From: Tubiluchus corallicola
Taxonomy: Eukaryota > Animalia > Priapulida
Direction of reading: 5' to 3'
Length of the DNA: 64,000 nucleotides
Assembly (NCBI GenBank): GCA_030141605.1
Contig: JAQGDQ010002371.1
Coordinates: 62,001-126,000, forward strand
The translations under genes were made by a program, and so were the position numbers. The notes under the pieces were generated by a model, which did no database searches, was not told the origin of the DNA, and worked only from the letters and a program-made list of their open reading frames with translations. Below, piece after piece: positions 16,001-28,728 of this stretch. Position 1 is the first letter of the stretch. Every line of letters starts with the position of its first letter.

Positions 16001-18929
16001 TCGTCAACATAGACAGCGAAGACGACATCATGCTTTTACTAAGTGCTACTATTTATCATCTTTATTGGGTGTACCCAATTAACAAAATAAGACAGCACCG
16101 TGGTGATGTTGCAACCTTGTACGAAAATTTGAGAGAAGATTTGCAGAAATTTACAGTTAGATTAGTATCACTCCGGACACTTACGACGAGTTATTAGCTT
16201 TGCTGCAGGACTCGATTACAAAAAAGATGTAAACTTCAGGGACTGGGTTGACCCTTCGTTTAAAAGCTGTTAGTAACCTTTAGGTAACGAACTTTAACTT
16301 CTTGTAAGTTTTCTTGTGCGAGTCATGTTTCACAATTTCAATAAAAATCATAATGATTACTTCTGCTTTTTGTTTAAACTGACAACGATTGTATACTATT
16401 ATTTATGTTATACAATAATTGCATACTTTAATAAAACATAAAGTCGCTTGTTTGTTAAGGCGAAAAATCTTATATTTTATTAATCTTTATTAATCTTATT
16501 AAATCTTATAATCTTATGCTGAAATATATTAATTGTTGATCGTTAAACAAGAAATAACTAATTGAGTAGTTAATTATTAATCATAAATTCTGAGAGGGAT
16601 CCTCACGAAAATGGAACATGCAATATTTCTACCATGCGGTAATTTTCCTCGTGAGAAGAATACATAGCTTCTAGTTGGCAGCAGAATTCCTCGCGAGGAA
16701 TTGCGGGAGGAAAATTGCCATTGCGAAATGCGCCATGTGTTCCATTTTCGTGAGGAATACCGCAAGGAATTTCTCCTCAACGGATTTTGTCGTCGCCCTC
16801 ATTGTGAAATGGGCTTAAGTTTGTAAAAGTAGATAGTTGTCATGATAGTGATTAGTGACTGTCGACAAAGTGTCATCATTATTTTTTTTCGTACTTGTCC
16901 TTATCGTCGTAGTCGTTGTTGTCGTCACTGTCATCATCATCATCATTAATCATTAACATTTGCCATTATAACCCATCATTGTCATTATGATTACCACCGC
17001 TTTCATCATCATCATTATCATCATCATCATCGTCGTCGTCGTCATCATCATTATCATCATCACCATCAAATCATCATCATCATCCATTATCATAGCCACC
17101 GTCATCATCGTAATCATCATCATCAATGTTATTATCATCATCACCATTATCACTATTATCACCGTCGTCATTATCGCCATTATAAGCATAGTCATCACCA
17201 TCATCACAGTAATTGTCGTTGCCATAGTAAACTGCTTTGTATGTTAAATTATTCATAATTTTAACTTGAAGATTATCATTAATGACCTTTGGACTACCAT
17301 AGCGGCCTTGTGGTTCTCGCATCAGCTTTGTAAGCCGAAAGTCCCTGGTTCAAATCCAGACAGTCTTTCAACTTTTCACATTTCCTTGTTACCAAACTTT
17401 AATTAACTGTGGATTTATTCCGTCATGTTTGTATAGTGTTCTGTTGTTATGGATATCACTGCAATCAAAGAACAACTTCGCATTCAATAAATGACATAAA
17501 TTACAGGTGCGTAGTTACAGCTTAATTATATAATAACATTTATTGTTGGAAAGGCTTTTGAAAAATAAAAGCAGGGCCTTTTGTCTGTTATAACACTTTT
17601 GTTAGATAAAATGCATTTTTATATTTTTTGTTGAAGTAGACTTTTCATTAGTAAGTTTATTTATTTTTCAGCATCTGCTTTAAAGTGCTATGAATGCTGG
17701 GATGTAGCTGATAACAAAGACTGTGTCCAAGAGGAAAATTTAGTAGATTGTAGTACCAAAAAAATAGCTACAGATACATGCGAAACTACGATAAATTATC
17801 ACAGTAAGTTATCACAAAGTGCTTATACTAATGCTTATTGTTGTTATCTATCTCTTGCTATCTACTGTTATTATTACCTACTAAAATTATGTCTGCTTTA
17901 AAATATATGTAAATGTACAAAATATGGCAGTTGATATGGATCTGATGTGTTCCTTGGAGATATTGTCGTTCCACAAAGCAACCGTTTTTTTTTGTTATTT
18001 TTGTGATCGTTTGTTCTTAATGCAGTCTCTTCAGTTGAGAAGCTGTGACTTTGTGAGTTTTGCAAAGTTAGTATATATGTGTCTGCTTGCAGTTGCGAGT
18101 ACTACTCTGTGCTGCACTTGAAGGAAAAACAGATTGATCTCAACATGACAAATGTTAAGGCACGTCAACTGGTTTAGAAAATGCACGAAAAAAACAACGA
18201 ATTGATTTAAATAAACAAATATCCTTAATACGAAATTCGAAGTTTGTTTCGTTCACGAAGTAAAGATCTAGCACTCTTTAATTTTTTGTCAATTTATATT
18301 TTAAGCGTTGTAAAAGTTGAATAGCTACCTTCCACATCTGCTTCCACGTTGTCAGTGACCATCTTAATGACGAGTTTTTTTGTCGCAGATTTACATCTTC
18401 TTATCCTTCAATTTGCACTCAATTCGAAAAAAAATGTAAAATGAGTACAGTTTATACTGCAACACGTGGTGTACCACATGGATCGATACTCAGACCGCTG
18501 TTATTTATTTGATCTATTACTGATGACTTATCAACATTGTACTAACAGAGAGCGAACAAATTGGATGAAAGCAAGCAAATTGTCAGTTAACTACGCCAAG
18601 CACATTATTAAAGATTAGCAGTGCAAATTGCTTTTTCTTTTCCAGAAACTACCGGTTACAGCATAACAAAGAAGTGCGCCTTACGTCCCTGTTCTTTATC
18701 TGTGAATGAATTAATGGGATGGCAGTGCGGAGATACAAACAGAGATGCTTGGACTTGTACTAGGTGCTGTGAGGAAGATGGGTGCAATTACATAGACCCC
18801 AAATCGAAACGTTTTCTGACTGGCAGTAGCAGAGCTAGTACACGGACCAGTGGCACGGAGATCATTATAATAACTGCCTTTGCATCAAGCTTAATAGTTA
18901 AACTCTACTTCAATGGAAACAGGCGGTGA
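10078..18929 (+). CDS. Ly6/uPAR three-finger protein, 12-Cys LYPD6-like (paralog 2)
   Basis: Putative signal exon 10078-10141 MMLKLKAWELVLLLVVYSVAK (phase 1 donor g|gtttt; least certain exon); exon 17672-17803 ASALKCYECWDVADNKDCVQEENLVDCSTKKIATDTCETTINYH; exon 18646-18929 KTTGYSITKKCALRPCSLSVNELMGWQCGDTNRDAWTCTRCCEEDGCNY...IIIITAFASSLIVKLYFNGNRR*. Phases are compatible and the middle exon is 132 nt, as in paralog 1. Confidence 0.87.
11028..13245. mobile_element. Degenerate PIF/Harbinger-derived element with transposase N-terminal relics
   Basis: TTA-GGCCC left terminus; inverted subterminal blocks (AAACTTTTAGTTGCGCAAC ~11137 versus GTTGCGCAACTAAAAGTTT ~13175); minus-strand peptide FYKLYHGRRAHSTELFSYYRMSPNSFDELLR (~11620-11725), typical of Harbinger transposase N-termini. 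Boundaries approximate. Confidence 0.6.
13587..15407. repeat. 901-bp near-perfect tandem duplication (13587-14487 and 14507-15407) with 19-bp junction insert
   Basis: Offset of 920 bp throughout; only one substitution noticed (AAACTGCAAT versus AAAGTGCAAT). Confidence 0.95.
15200..16815 (+). mobile_element. PIF/Harbinger element (outer copy) with transposase fragment
   Basis: Right TIR GTGAAATGGGC followed by TTA/TAA; ~16010-16285 encodes YWVYPINKIRQHRGDVATLYENLREDLQKF..TYDELLALLQDSITKK(D)VNFRDWVDP across frameshifts. Confidence 0.75.
15312..15996 (-). mobile_element. PIF/Harbinger element (inner copy, same family, opposite orientation)
   Basis: Ends ATTTCACAGTG... and ...CACTGTGAAATGGGCC-TTA; minus strand encodes MDNEDDVMFLLTVN..PINESIEHRG, homologous to the outer copy. 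Confidence 0.7.
16870..17225. repeat. (CAT)n/(CGT)n degenerate trinucleotide tract
   Basis: Direct observation; it explains the poly-I/M/D pseudo-ORFs. Confidence 0.92.
17296..17400 (+). mobile_element. tRNA-derived SINE head (or tRNA pseudogene)
   Basis: A-box-like GCGGCCTTGTGGTT and B-box GGTTCAAATCC with tRNA-like spacing; no intact acceptor stem. Confidence 0.6.
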
Positions 18930-21679
18930 GACAGCAAAAGTAATTCCGGTTCAATAATTTTTCTATTATAATGAGTACTATGTAGGCATTATAATTCAAA
19001 GTGGTAAGCTTTAGTTAACAGTATTATATAATCATTTATAGGCCAAAATACATTTAGAACATCGTCCTCAGTTCCACTGATTTCTACTTAATTTGCCTTA
19101 TAAAATGACATCAAAGCGTACAAATTGCATTTCATGGTAACAATAGAAAAGTTAGCAATAATTCAGTATAATGGGCATCATCTTTTACTTGACTGCTGCT
19201 TTAAATCGCATCAGCTACTTTTCTATTTCATTGTTTCCGTCATCACAAATATTCCTTGTTGGTGCAAGAGTCTTCTACAACAGCGTCAACTGAAACATTA
19301 AAAAGCGAAGTTTTGATTTTAGTGTTGTGTTGTCATTATTATTATTATACATCAATATGCCTAGTTGTTGCGAACAATACAACTTAATGGGCTTCCAAAC
19401 TACTTGAAAATGGAATGGTTTTCTAGGCGTTTAGTAAGGTTAAAGGTATTGTAAGTTATCTCTAGCAGTCAAGACCGATTGCATTTCGTGAAAAACACTG
19501 TATCAGGAATTCGTAATTGCATCCATTAACGCCATTAACGTAAAGCAGTATGTCGTAAATTTCGTGCAATCACGCAATTTTGGCCAGTTGCATTTACAAA
19601 AATAGAGAATAAATCTATTCTCTCTCTCTTTCTCTCTCTCTTCTCTCTATTTTTCTGTGCTCAGCCTTTTTCGACTATTTTAGCTATGATCTTATTCTAC
19701 GACAAAGACCAGAAATGATTTCCGGGTCGATTTCTGTGAACTAGTGCTATATAAGTGTGTGATTATTGTTGAACTGTCTTTTTCTTCAGTTCACGTTTGT
19801 AATGCATGTACATAACAATATTTTCATTGAATAGCTTAACTTTCGATTTCTGTTGTCAGTTAGTGTTAAGGGAGAATAACCAAAATTATTTTATTTACGA
19901 CTCTAATCTGTATGGTGTTTTATATAATGTATTATAGTGCATGGTATTCTGCAATTATGTGCACATTTAGCTTTTAACTTACATTAGGTACTCGTCTATT
20001 CCATATTAAACTATGTTGCATGTGGTGCCGATTTTTTCTTAAAAATAACATTATAGTATGCATTGTGCTTATATGTGTATAGTCTATGTCACACTGTTAT
20101 TTCGGCTTTATAATCGCTAATTTTTAACCTCCCATATAGGTCCACAAAAGAAAACTATGATTCCTACTCTTTTAAATTCGTAAAATTGTCACTTTAGGTT
20201 CATTTCTGATCTTAATGAAGCAGATACCATTATATGCGATATACGACTTAGCCAATAGGTCTGCTACTCGGCTTTTAAAAATATAGTCTCTGTCGAAGGT
20301 GACAATGTTATTTCCACATTATAATAATAAATGTATTAAAATTTGTCTATAAAAATTTATGTACTTTATACGTATGATTTTATGTAAATGATTTTTTTCT
20401 GTTTAATTTTCTAATCTTAATTGATTGTGATTTTTCAACTATAGTTAATGTAGTACATCAAAATAAAAAAATACCAATCTTACCATTTTTACTCACTCTA
20501 GACTATCAAAACTAAAATTATGAACACATTTCAGCTTAAAAAAGATTCTTAACAAAACTGAATCAATTGAGATCCAAGTCTCCGAGCATGACCGCGCTTT
20601 ACTATGCCTGGTCTAGTGTAGTTCGCTCATGTGTGACTGACCAGAGTGCACAGTGCTCGTGACTGTCAATTGACTATATCCGGTCCAGTGCTATTTACTC
20701 ATGTGTGACTGAACAGTTTGCCTATTTGGGTTCTATCCCGGGCCCTTAAACAATCCCAGCTTATTCTATCATACCATTATGTGAGCCCCGGGTCACGTGT
20801 GTATATTGGAAGTTTGTGATTCTAAAGTTTTAGAGTTATTCACTGTTATGACTCCATTACTAACGTGACGATGACAGCAAACGGGCTTCTTTGTTGCTCA
20901 CGGTTTAAAAATATTAATTTTTGGAATTTTGCTAATCAAATTCTATAGCCAGGTCTGTACAAACTAATTATCACGCGAACGATTATGTTTTACTCAGTCA
21001 TAAATCAGTGATTTTATAAATTCCGTTTACATGTATGCTGATTCTGGTCACGTTTTGACAAAGTGTTCTTCGGAATTGTATTAATTAATAACTTCACCAG
21101 TTTAATTTATAACAAACGTGATGTAAATGGTGTAAACGTTCAATCGCTCCAAATGCAGTATAGTTACAGTACGTGGTGTAACGAAATCCTTTGCTACAGA
21201 GGTTACAAACAGAAGTGCAGTACAGAACATTACAAGGGTAATATATAGGTTTTTTCACTCAAATATTGACACGCCTAGTATCAAATATGACATTCATCAT
21301 CAAATACGACTAGGTCGTCCAAATGTAACAAAAACCATGGACATAGGCTGATGCATAAAGGGTTGCTGTTCTTGTCGTTGTTATGCTGTTATTGTGATTA
21401 TTATTGCTGTAAAATTATTATGAACTGCCTGAAATGTTATAAGCATAATGGTTTGTCGTCAGTTGACGTGTGAACATCGTCGTGCAAATCGTCCTGCTAA
21501 TGAATTAATTTACGCAGAACTGGTTTTACTTGATGCTGCAAGCCTCGTAGTTTAAACTATGATATAACATAGGTTACTGGTAATGTATTTTTTACCTGTA
21601 AAATTACAATCTGAACAACAACAAAACTACTAAAAATGAGTGAAGAATAGCCAAAGAGAAGTAACATGGAGCAAATAAA

Positions 21680-24600
21680 AATGAAAGTAGAAGTTTATGG
21701 GAAAATTTTCCATCAACGCTGAACATGACGATGCCGGGAAAATTGTTGTGCGAGGTGAGAAAGTGAACAAAATCACCGATGGATTGAGGAATGCGATGAA
21801 GATCGTGGAACCAAACTCTACGTGTGATCAGACAAATAACGAACAAGGTACTGTTCTAACCTATAAAATCACCGTATCGAAAAAATTGACCTGGGAAAAA
21901 TCTTCAATAACAGTATTGTTATCACAGAAGACTGCTACATAAAATAGTGTAATGAGAAACTAGCAACGTTACTAAACATGGCAATGGAAGCCACTGTTTT
22001 AAGTGACACTGAACTAGTAAATATAAACAACGAAGCCCTACACCAAGACAAGAAATTGTATATGAAAGCAGCGACAATGAAATAAATACAAAAGAGAATG
22101 ACGTAACATATATAAACAAAGATGACATCCTACGAGAAAATGCCTTTAATGAGAACAGGGATAGTACACCAAACCTAACAATAAAGCTAACAATGAATCC
22201 ATAAACGAAATATCCATATAAGCAGTAGAACAAGATAATGAAAATTATGTAGAAGTCCTGCCCTCAGTGCAAAACAAAAATGAGTCTTGTGAAAGAAACG
22301 AACCTGACTGAGTTCACATAGATTCAGTTTTTAAATCTCCTCCCCCTAAGCAAGCAAAACAAATCGATCATGATCGAAGTTCAAGCGAAAAGGTGCATCC
22401 AACCCGAAACATCTACAGTGACAACAAACACTTACGCCAGTGTTGTCAGTAATAACGGGAAACGTGATAAGGTGAACACCTCAAACACGACACCTGCTTT
22501 ATTAGCCGTTGAACGTCGTTGAGTACACAGACATCCTAAGCAAACATGATATGACACCACTGAATGACAAAGAACCAACAAGAATTACAAAAACAACATC
22601 TACTCTTATAGATCCTATATTAGTACAAGACAATTTTCAAATCTATACCAAACCACTTCTCAGACCATAACTATATTATCTGTATTACGAAAATGAGCAC
22701 ACATTTACAAAAAAATAATGAATTCACCTACAAATATAGCGAAAATATGAATAACATCAACCAAGATATGTTTCTGTCAGACTAGAATAAAATGCTCTGG
22801 CAAGAAACATATCAAACAATTGATATAGACTTACAAATTGAAATTTTATTAAACAATATTAAATACTGCCTAGTTATTTATGCTCCAATACAGAAAATCA
22901 AATTGTCAAATAAAAGAACACTTCCACAACGTAATAAATCTGCCAGAATTAACTAAATTACAACAAGAAAAAAATGTTCTATTGAAAACATTTATGTCGA
23001 CAAAACAGCTCATCGGCCATAATGCTTACAAAAAGCAAGGAACCGTTTCAATACAAGAAACTCTAATTTAAAAAATAATTATTATAAAAGCAAGTGCTTA
23101 AATGCAAAAGCATCAAAAGAAAAATGGCAGGTCATAAACAAGGTTTTAAATAAAACAAACACACAAACCTCCATAAATAAAATTATCATGAATAACAAAG
23201 TGTACAAGAATCAAGAAATAGCAAACATACTTAACAACACCTTCTTAAAATGGGTGAGTACAAAGGAGACCCATCATACAAAAAAGGGAATATGACGAAA
23301 TATTTCTTACCAAAAAAGTAAACTGTGCCTTTAGATTCATGCCAACTGATCCAACAGAAATAATATCCATTATTAACAACATGAAACATTCCAAAAGTGC
23401 AGGTCCATGTGATATTCCTATTAAAGCTATAAAATGATCTGGTGCCATCCTAGCTCCACATATCTCTTATATATTCAACCAAATGGTAATGAGAGGAAGC
23501 TTTCCAAATATATGCAAGATAGCTAATGTAACTCCAAAAGATTAAAATGGAAATCTTGAAACACCAGAAAATTACCGCCCAATACCTATTGTACATGCAG
23601 TTTCTAAAATTTTTGAAAAACTAATTCACAAACAAATATACAAATAATTGGTAGATAATAATATTCTAAAAAACATTGATTTGGTTATGAAAAGAAATAT
23701 AGCACAGTGGACGCAATGTGAAAGTTGTAACTGTATATTTTAGGTGCTGCCATCTATTGATTAGTCACTTTAACATTTTACTAGTTAAACTCACCCCTAG
23801 TATAATTGCTCGGTCCAGTGAATATGCAAACTCACTGGATCTCCCCTATTTTTACTGTAATGAGATATGTGAAGCCAAGTTTTTGCATAGTTCTCTACCT
23901 ATATATACTGGCTGGATTTCACTTCTAGCCACTGTCTAACTGTCACGTTCTCAGTGCAGTGCAGTCGTGCTACACACTGTTTAACTCACACTCTCACTGC
24001 AGTGCAGCAGTCGTGATCTTCATTTTACTTGTGTATTTAGTATAATAAACGGTTTCAGTTTTTGTGCAGATATGTAATATAGTGTTCATTCGTTTTCTAC
24101 AAGTGTTCAACTTCATACATGACTTTCACACGCAAAAATTTATATAACTCAAATATGGCGCTACTTTTTAAACGATAAATACACAGCTTCTGCCTTTCTT
24201 GATTTGAGCAAGGTTTCTGACAGCCTCTCACACACCATTTTATTAAAAAAATTGAACGCCATTGCATTTGACAACTATTCTGTCAAACTTATTCAAGATT
24301 ATCTACCTACCAGTAAACAAGGGGCTAAATTAAATGACATATACTCAAATTGGGGCAATAATATTAATGGAGTACTTCAAGGCACAATTCTAGGCCCACA
24401 GCTATCTATCATATATACGTAAACGGTATTTCAAACATAATAAGTAACTGCCATATCGTACAATATGCCGATGATGCTAACATCACAACCAGTAGCATTA
24501 ATTCCTTTAGTGCAGTAGACCAATTCAAATCAAAAGTAGAATAAATGAAATATATTCTGTATATTCTCGATTATTAGCAACTTAAGATGAACCCAGAAAA

Positions 24601-25533
24601 AACCATTTTCATGCTTCTAAACATCAAGAGATACAACAAATATACTTTTCGATACATGTCAAATAACTTTAAAAATATTTTTAAAAATGTATAAAACCAT
24701 GATCTGGTCCTACTTAACGTATGGCTGCCACCTACTCTCAAATATATCTAAAACTTCTTTAAAGAGGCTAGAAGTGGCCCAAAGTTACGCTTTAAAACAC
24801 CTCGTTGGTTTCACAACAAGAGCAAAATATTTAGCTACACTGAACAGGGAAAAACTAAAAATACCCACTGTAGAATCCAATTTCCAATTCCATTCACTTT
24901 ATAATTTTTCTTTAAACGATTTGGTGCCAGCTTTCAGTGCCAATTAGCTTCCATTTAATATCGAAAAAAATGCTAAACCAATGAACACACAGCACAAGAT
25001 AAATAAATTCAAATAATAAATATGTACAAAATTTAGTCTGTAAAACGACAATAAATACATGGAATGCTTGCCTACTTAATGTAAAAATGTGCAGTGACTC
25101 TAAAAAAAATCAAAAATTAACTGAAAAATACTATAGTAGCCTTCAAAACATGACTAATACAAAAACATCAGACAACACGTATTGTCAATTTTAACCCAAT
25201 AGTCTGTAGTAGTGGCATATCAAAACCTGTCATGCATTAGCATCAAGTCAACAAATTAAAACCCACCAACACTCAAGTCACTAACACAAAACATCTATAA
25301 AGCACCTAATTTGAATTTCAATTTGTAAATATTGTAAAGTTTTAAAGTCTTAAATGTATCTTAAGCTTTAGCGTAATTTATTATAATATCATTTGTGTTT
25401 TTAATTGTAAATTCATTTTTTAACACTATTGTTCACAGCAGTGGAAACACTGATTACACTTAATTTTTGGAATGTAGTTTACAGTTCATCGATGTGTAAT
25501 TTTAACAGCAATAAGGAATTTTATTATTATTAT
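21680..25533 (+). mobile_element. Degenerate CR1/L2-group (Crack/Daphne-like) LINE
   Basis: Motifs in order: EPTRITKTTSTLID (APE end, ~22570), NYRPIPIVHAVSKIFEK (~23570), FLDLSK (~24200), GVLQGTILGP, QYADD (~24460), then an AATAAG plus (TTA)n tail at ~25510-25533; many stops and frameshifts. Confidence 0.85.
23717..24130 (+). mobile_element. Solo LTR (414 bp) with 5-bp TSD
   Basis: TG...CA ends with a 9-bp inverted terminal repeat (TGTGAAAGT/ACTTTCACA); CGCAA duplicated at 23712-23716 and 24131-24135; internal TATA-like CTATATATA (~23899) and AATAAA (~24044); interrupts the LINE RT region. Confidence 0.85.
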
Positions 25534-27719
25534 TCATTGTATAAGATCTTTAAGTTTTGCAGACATATTTGGTAGTTAGTTAGTTTTGTTAACTATTTTG
25601 TTAACCGTTACCATGTGACTGTTACATTTGCTTTAGTTTATTACTTTGACAAGATGTAAGGTACAGAAAATTAACGAGATAAATATATAGTGACTTTTCT
25701 GATTTTTTAGAAGTTAATTCATACGTTTTAAATATATCAAATTTTTTTGACTTTTATTACATTGTGCAGTGGTCGCTTCTGTTCTCTTATTAATACCTGT
25801 TTACATATATATACTGAGCACACTACAAGCCATTTTTCTCACGCAGCAAAAAATCTTTCAAATAAGAACAAGGATATCATACAAATCATAATTATTAATG
25901 TTTACAAGTTTCGACCGCATTCTAACACTACAGTGACAGCTACCAGCCTAAACATTTAAAAAATGTGCGCTTTTCGAAGAAGCTACCAAGTCAAAAAGTT
26001 TTTAAAATAATTTCTTTGTTTTCAAATTTTTTGTCCCACTGTTATGACCTATATCACATTTGATATACCAAAAACATCAGATTTAAATCTGTGACTAAGA
26101 CGAATTTGAAGTGACTAGTAGGAGGCTATAATTTATAAAGATAGCTCCTAGCAAGGGAGTACCCAGAACAAATGGCAATAGAATTTTTCTCTTCAGATTC
26201 TGTTTGAATATTGTTTCAGGTACCCACAACAAAAAATCGGCAAAAATCGGCTTTGATACTCTTCAGATGCATGCGTAAATCCAAAATGGCGCCTGTTGAG
26301 GCCAAAAATCAAAGTATATCTCTCAAACCATTGCATCTAGATGAAAAATATGCTTTATCGACTGGTACGAAGGTGCACAGGTAGACTTTGCTCACAATTT
26401 TTAAAATATATGATCCTTATGAGTTGGCAACAACCATCTTGTCAGTCGTCAAGTATGCGGTGGCCATATTTGATAATTTTCGGTTGGCTCCACATCCAAT
26501 AATAATAAACCAGATGGATTTTAGCATTGTGCAAAGTTTTGTGTTTTTCAGGCAAAATGAGCAGTTCTGTCATTTGTGCAACATTTGTAGCCATCTTAAC
26601 AGTCATGTTGAAACGGGGTGTTATTACATGGGAAGATATGAATTCCTTGACCTTGAAAACCTATTATTTAGATGCCAAAGTCATTATCCTGTATTCTCTG
26701 ATAGTTATAACACATAGCCCTTATAAGTTAGTAACAAACATATTGCCAGCCATCTCGAAACTTGCGGCAATATTATATGAATTTCGATTAACCCCATGAT
26801 CAAAATTAATTTATCACCTTAATGAGCTCTAGCACTAGGCAAGGTTTTCGTGCTTTTGGATCAAAATGAGTATTGATTCCCCATCCGGGTAGACTAACAT
26901 TAAATTAACTACCTTTTTTGACGTCATAATTAGGCGCTATGCCGTGTTTAAATTTCGGCCTAATTTGAACGTGTTATTCTCCGGACCAAATGCTAAAGAA
27001 ACACCAAAAATGTTTTCTTGCAATTTTTCATTATATTGATCCTACTATTATAGTCAGGGAGGCATATGAAGTGTTCTAGAGAAAATTAAACATGCATAAA
27101 AAGTTATAAAATTGTGCAATAAAACTGTTTGTTTGATATGGGTCTGATTACTGCAAAATGAAATGGACGGAACACGAGAAACTGCTAAATAAACAGCACG
27201 AATTTAATATTCGGGAGGCTGCGAGATTAGGATGTTCCTCAGTTATCAAAGAGGTCCCATACTGTCTATGTTGTGTGACTTTTCTAGCGTTTCTCCGGTT
27301 TAATTCTATTGTAATGTTGATTTTTTTAAATTTGAGACTCTGAGTCTGGGAGCAGCTAGGCAGAGTATTATAATTACCTGTGCGATAAGTAAACTGAACG
27401 TAAGAAGTGCATTATTTTTCGATTAGGATTTTTAACGCTACTCCGAGCCTCATGCTCAGTCATAGTCATACACGTCGCTAAAATTGTGGACAAGATTTAG
27501 AATTGCTGAATAAAACCAGTCAAAATGAGCAAAGTTTACGTTTTTAAGTTGTAGGTTTGTTGTTTATTCGAAAAGGGGCGACCAATTCGAAGGTATTTGG
27601 ACCTCGGAGGAAGTTTTGTTGCTTTTACTTGTTAAATTAGGGTCGTTTAACTATCTCGCTAAATTTTGCTAGTTACGTATCTTTATTCTATGTTGCTAAA
27701 CTGTATTTAATATAGATAA

Positions 27720-28220
27720 AAAATGTCTAATCTAACTTAGATTAGGCATGACAAACAGAACATTTATTAATAAAAGCGCAAGCATATTCATCACATTATA
27801 AAATCCAAGGTCCTTACAATTGTGGAATACTCTAGTCCTGTTAGGAATCCACACTTTATTAAAGACATATATTTGATCAAGGGTGTCCAAAGAAGGGCTA
27901 CAAAAGTGGTTGAAGGGTTAAAGAATGTTCCTTACTGTCAGCAACTTAAGCGTCTAGGCCTGCATACATTATTAATTAGAAGTTCATATGCTGATTTAAT
28001 ATAAGCTTTCAAAGTTATTAAAGGAATTGATGCTGTGCTTCACATTTAAGAGCCATGGGAGAATGACATGAGGACTCCAGTTACAATTGTACAAGAAAAG
28101 AGCAAAGCTGGATTTAAAAAACTGTTTTTTCAGCCATATGATAATTGATCTGTAAAATGGCTTACCTCAAAGGTCCATGGAATCTTTATAGTTAATGAGT
28201 TTACAGGGACCATCCAAACG
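27720..28220 (+). mobile_element. CR1-type LINE 3' fragment
   Basis: EYSSPVRNPHFIKDIYLIKGVQRRATKVVEGLKNVPYCQQLKRLGL..ADLI matches the CR1 ORF2 C-terminal pattern. Confidence 0.8.
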
Positions 28221-28284
28221 TATGCTAATTTTTATTGAACAATAAGGTTGAGACAGTTAGGCTTTTTTAACTAACCGTCTAAAC

Positions 28285-28728
28285 CAGTGGTTCTTAACCT
28301 TTTTCACTACTGGTACAGCCTGAAGGCGAACAAAGTCGTCTGGTGCCCTTTGTAGAAATTTACAAAAAGTATGTATATAGGAACAAAGTAGGTTTTTTAA
28401 ACTGCATGCCCAAACTATTTCTGCGGTATAAGTCCAGTATAACATCGTAAATTATTTAACACAATGTGCGCTACGATTTCTACGGAAATAGCAGTTCAGG
28501 TGGCTCACAGTGTCAAACCTATTTAGTAAAAGTATATTTTAACAACGTTTTAACGATTGTAATTAGGGTTCAACTACTTTATCCTCTTTGTTTAGCTTTG
28601 AGACTTATATCTTTTTTTGAGTCGCTCTCAGGGCAAAATTTTTGATAAAGCAGATCTGCATTTGGTATCCCCTGGGATGGCATTTGGTACCCCCAGGGGG
28701 TACCAGGACCCCAGGTTAAGAACCACTG
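28285..28728. mobile_element. hAT (Charlie/Buster-like) MITE
   Basis: Perfect 16-bp TIR CAGTGGTTCTTAACCT/AGGTTAAGAACCACTG; 8-bp TSD GTCTAAAC/GTTTAAAT (6/8 match). Confidence 0.85.

Noticed and set aside
16953-17322. Poly-I/M/D ORFs, and similar ORFs at 5578-5852, 9607-9873 and 62036-62460
   Set aside because: Trinucleotide low-complexity tracts give stop-free frames by chance.
17296-17365. Functional tRNA gene
   Set aside because: A and B boxes are present but the cloverleaf and acceptor stem are not intact; treated as a SINE head.
19597-19650. Short (TC)n preceded by AAAATAGAG, as in the LINE 3' end (possible truncated second insertion)
   Set aside because: Only ~9 nt are shared in AT-rich DNA and there is no (TAA)n tail; insufficient.
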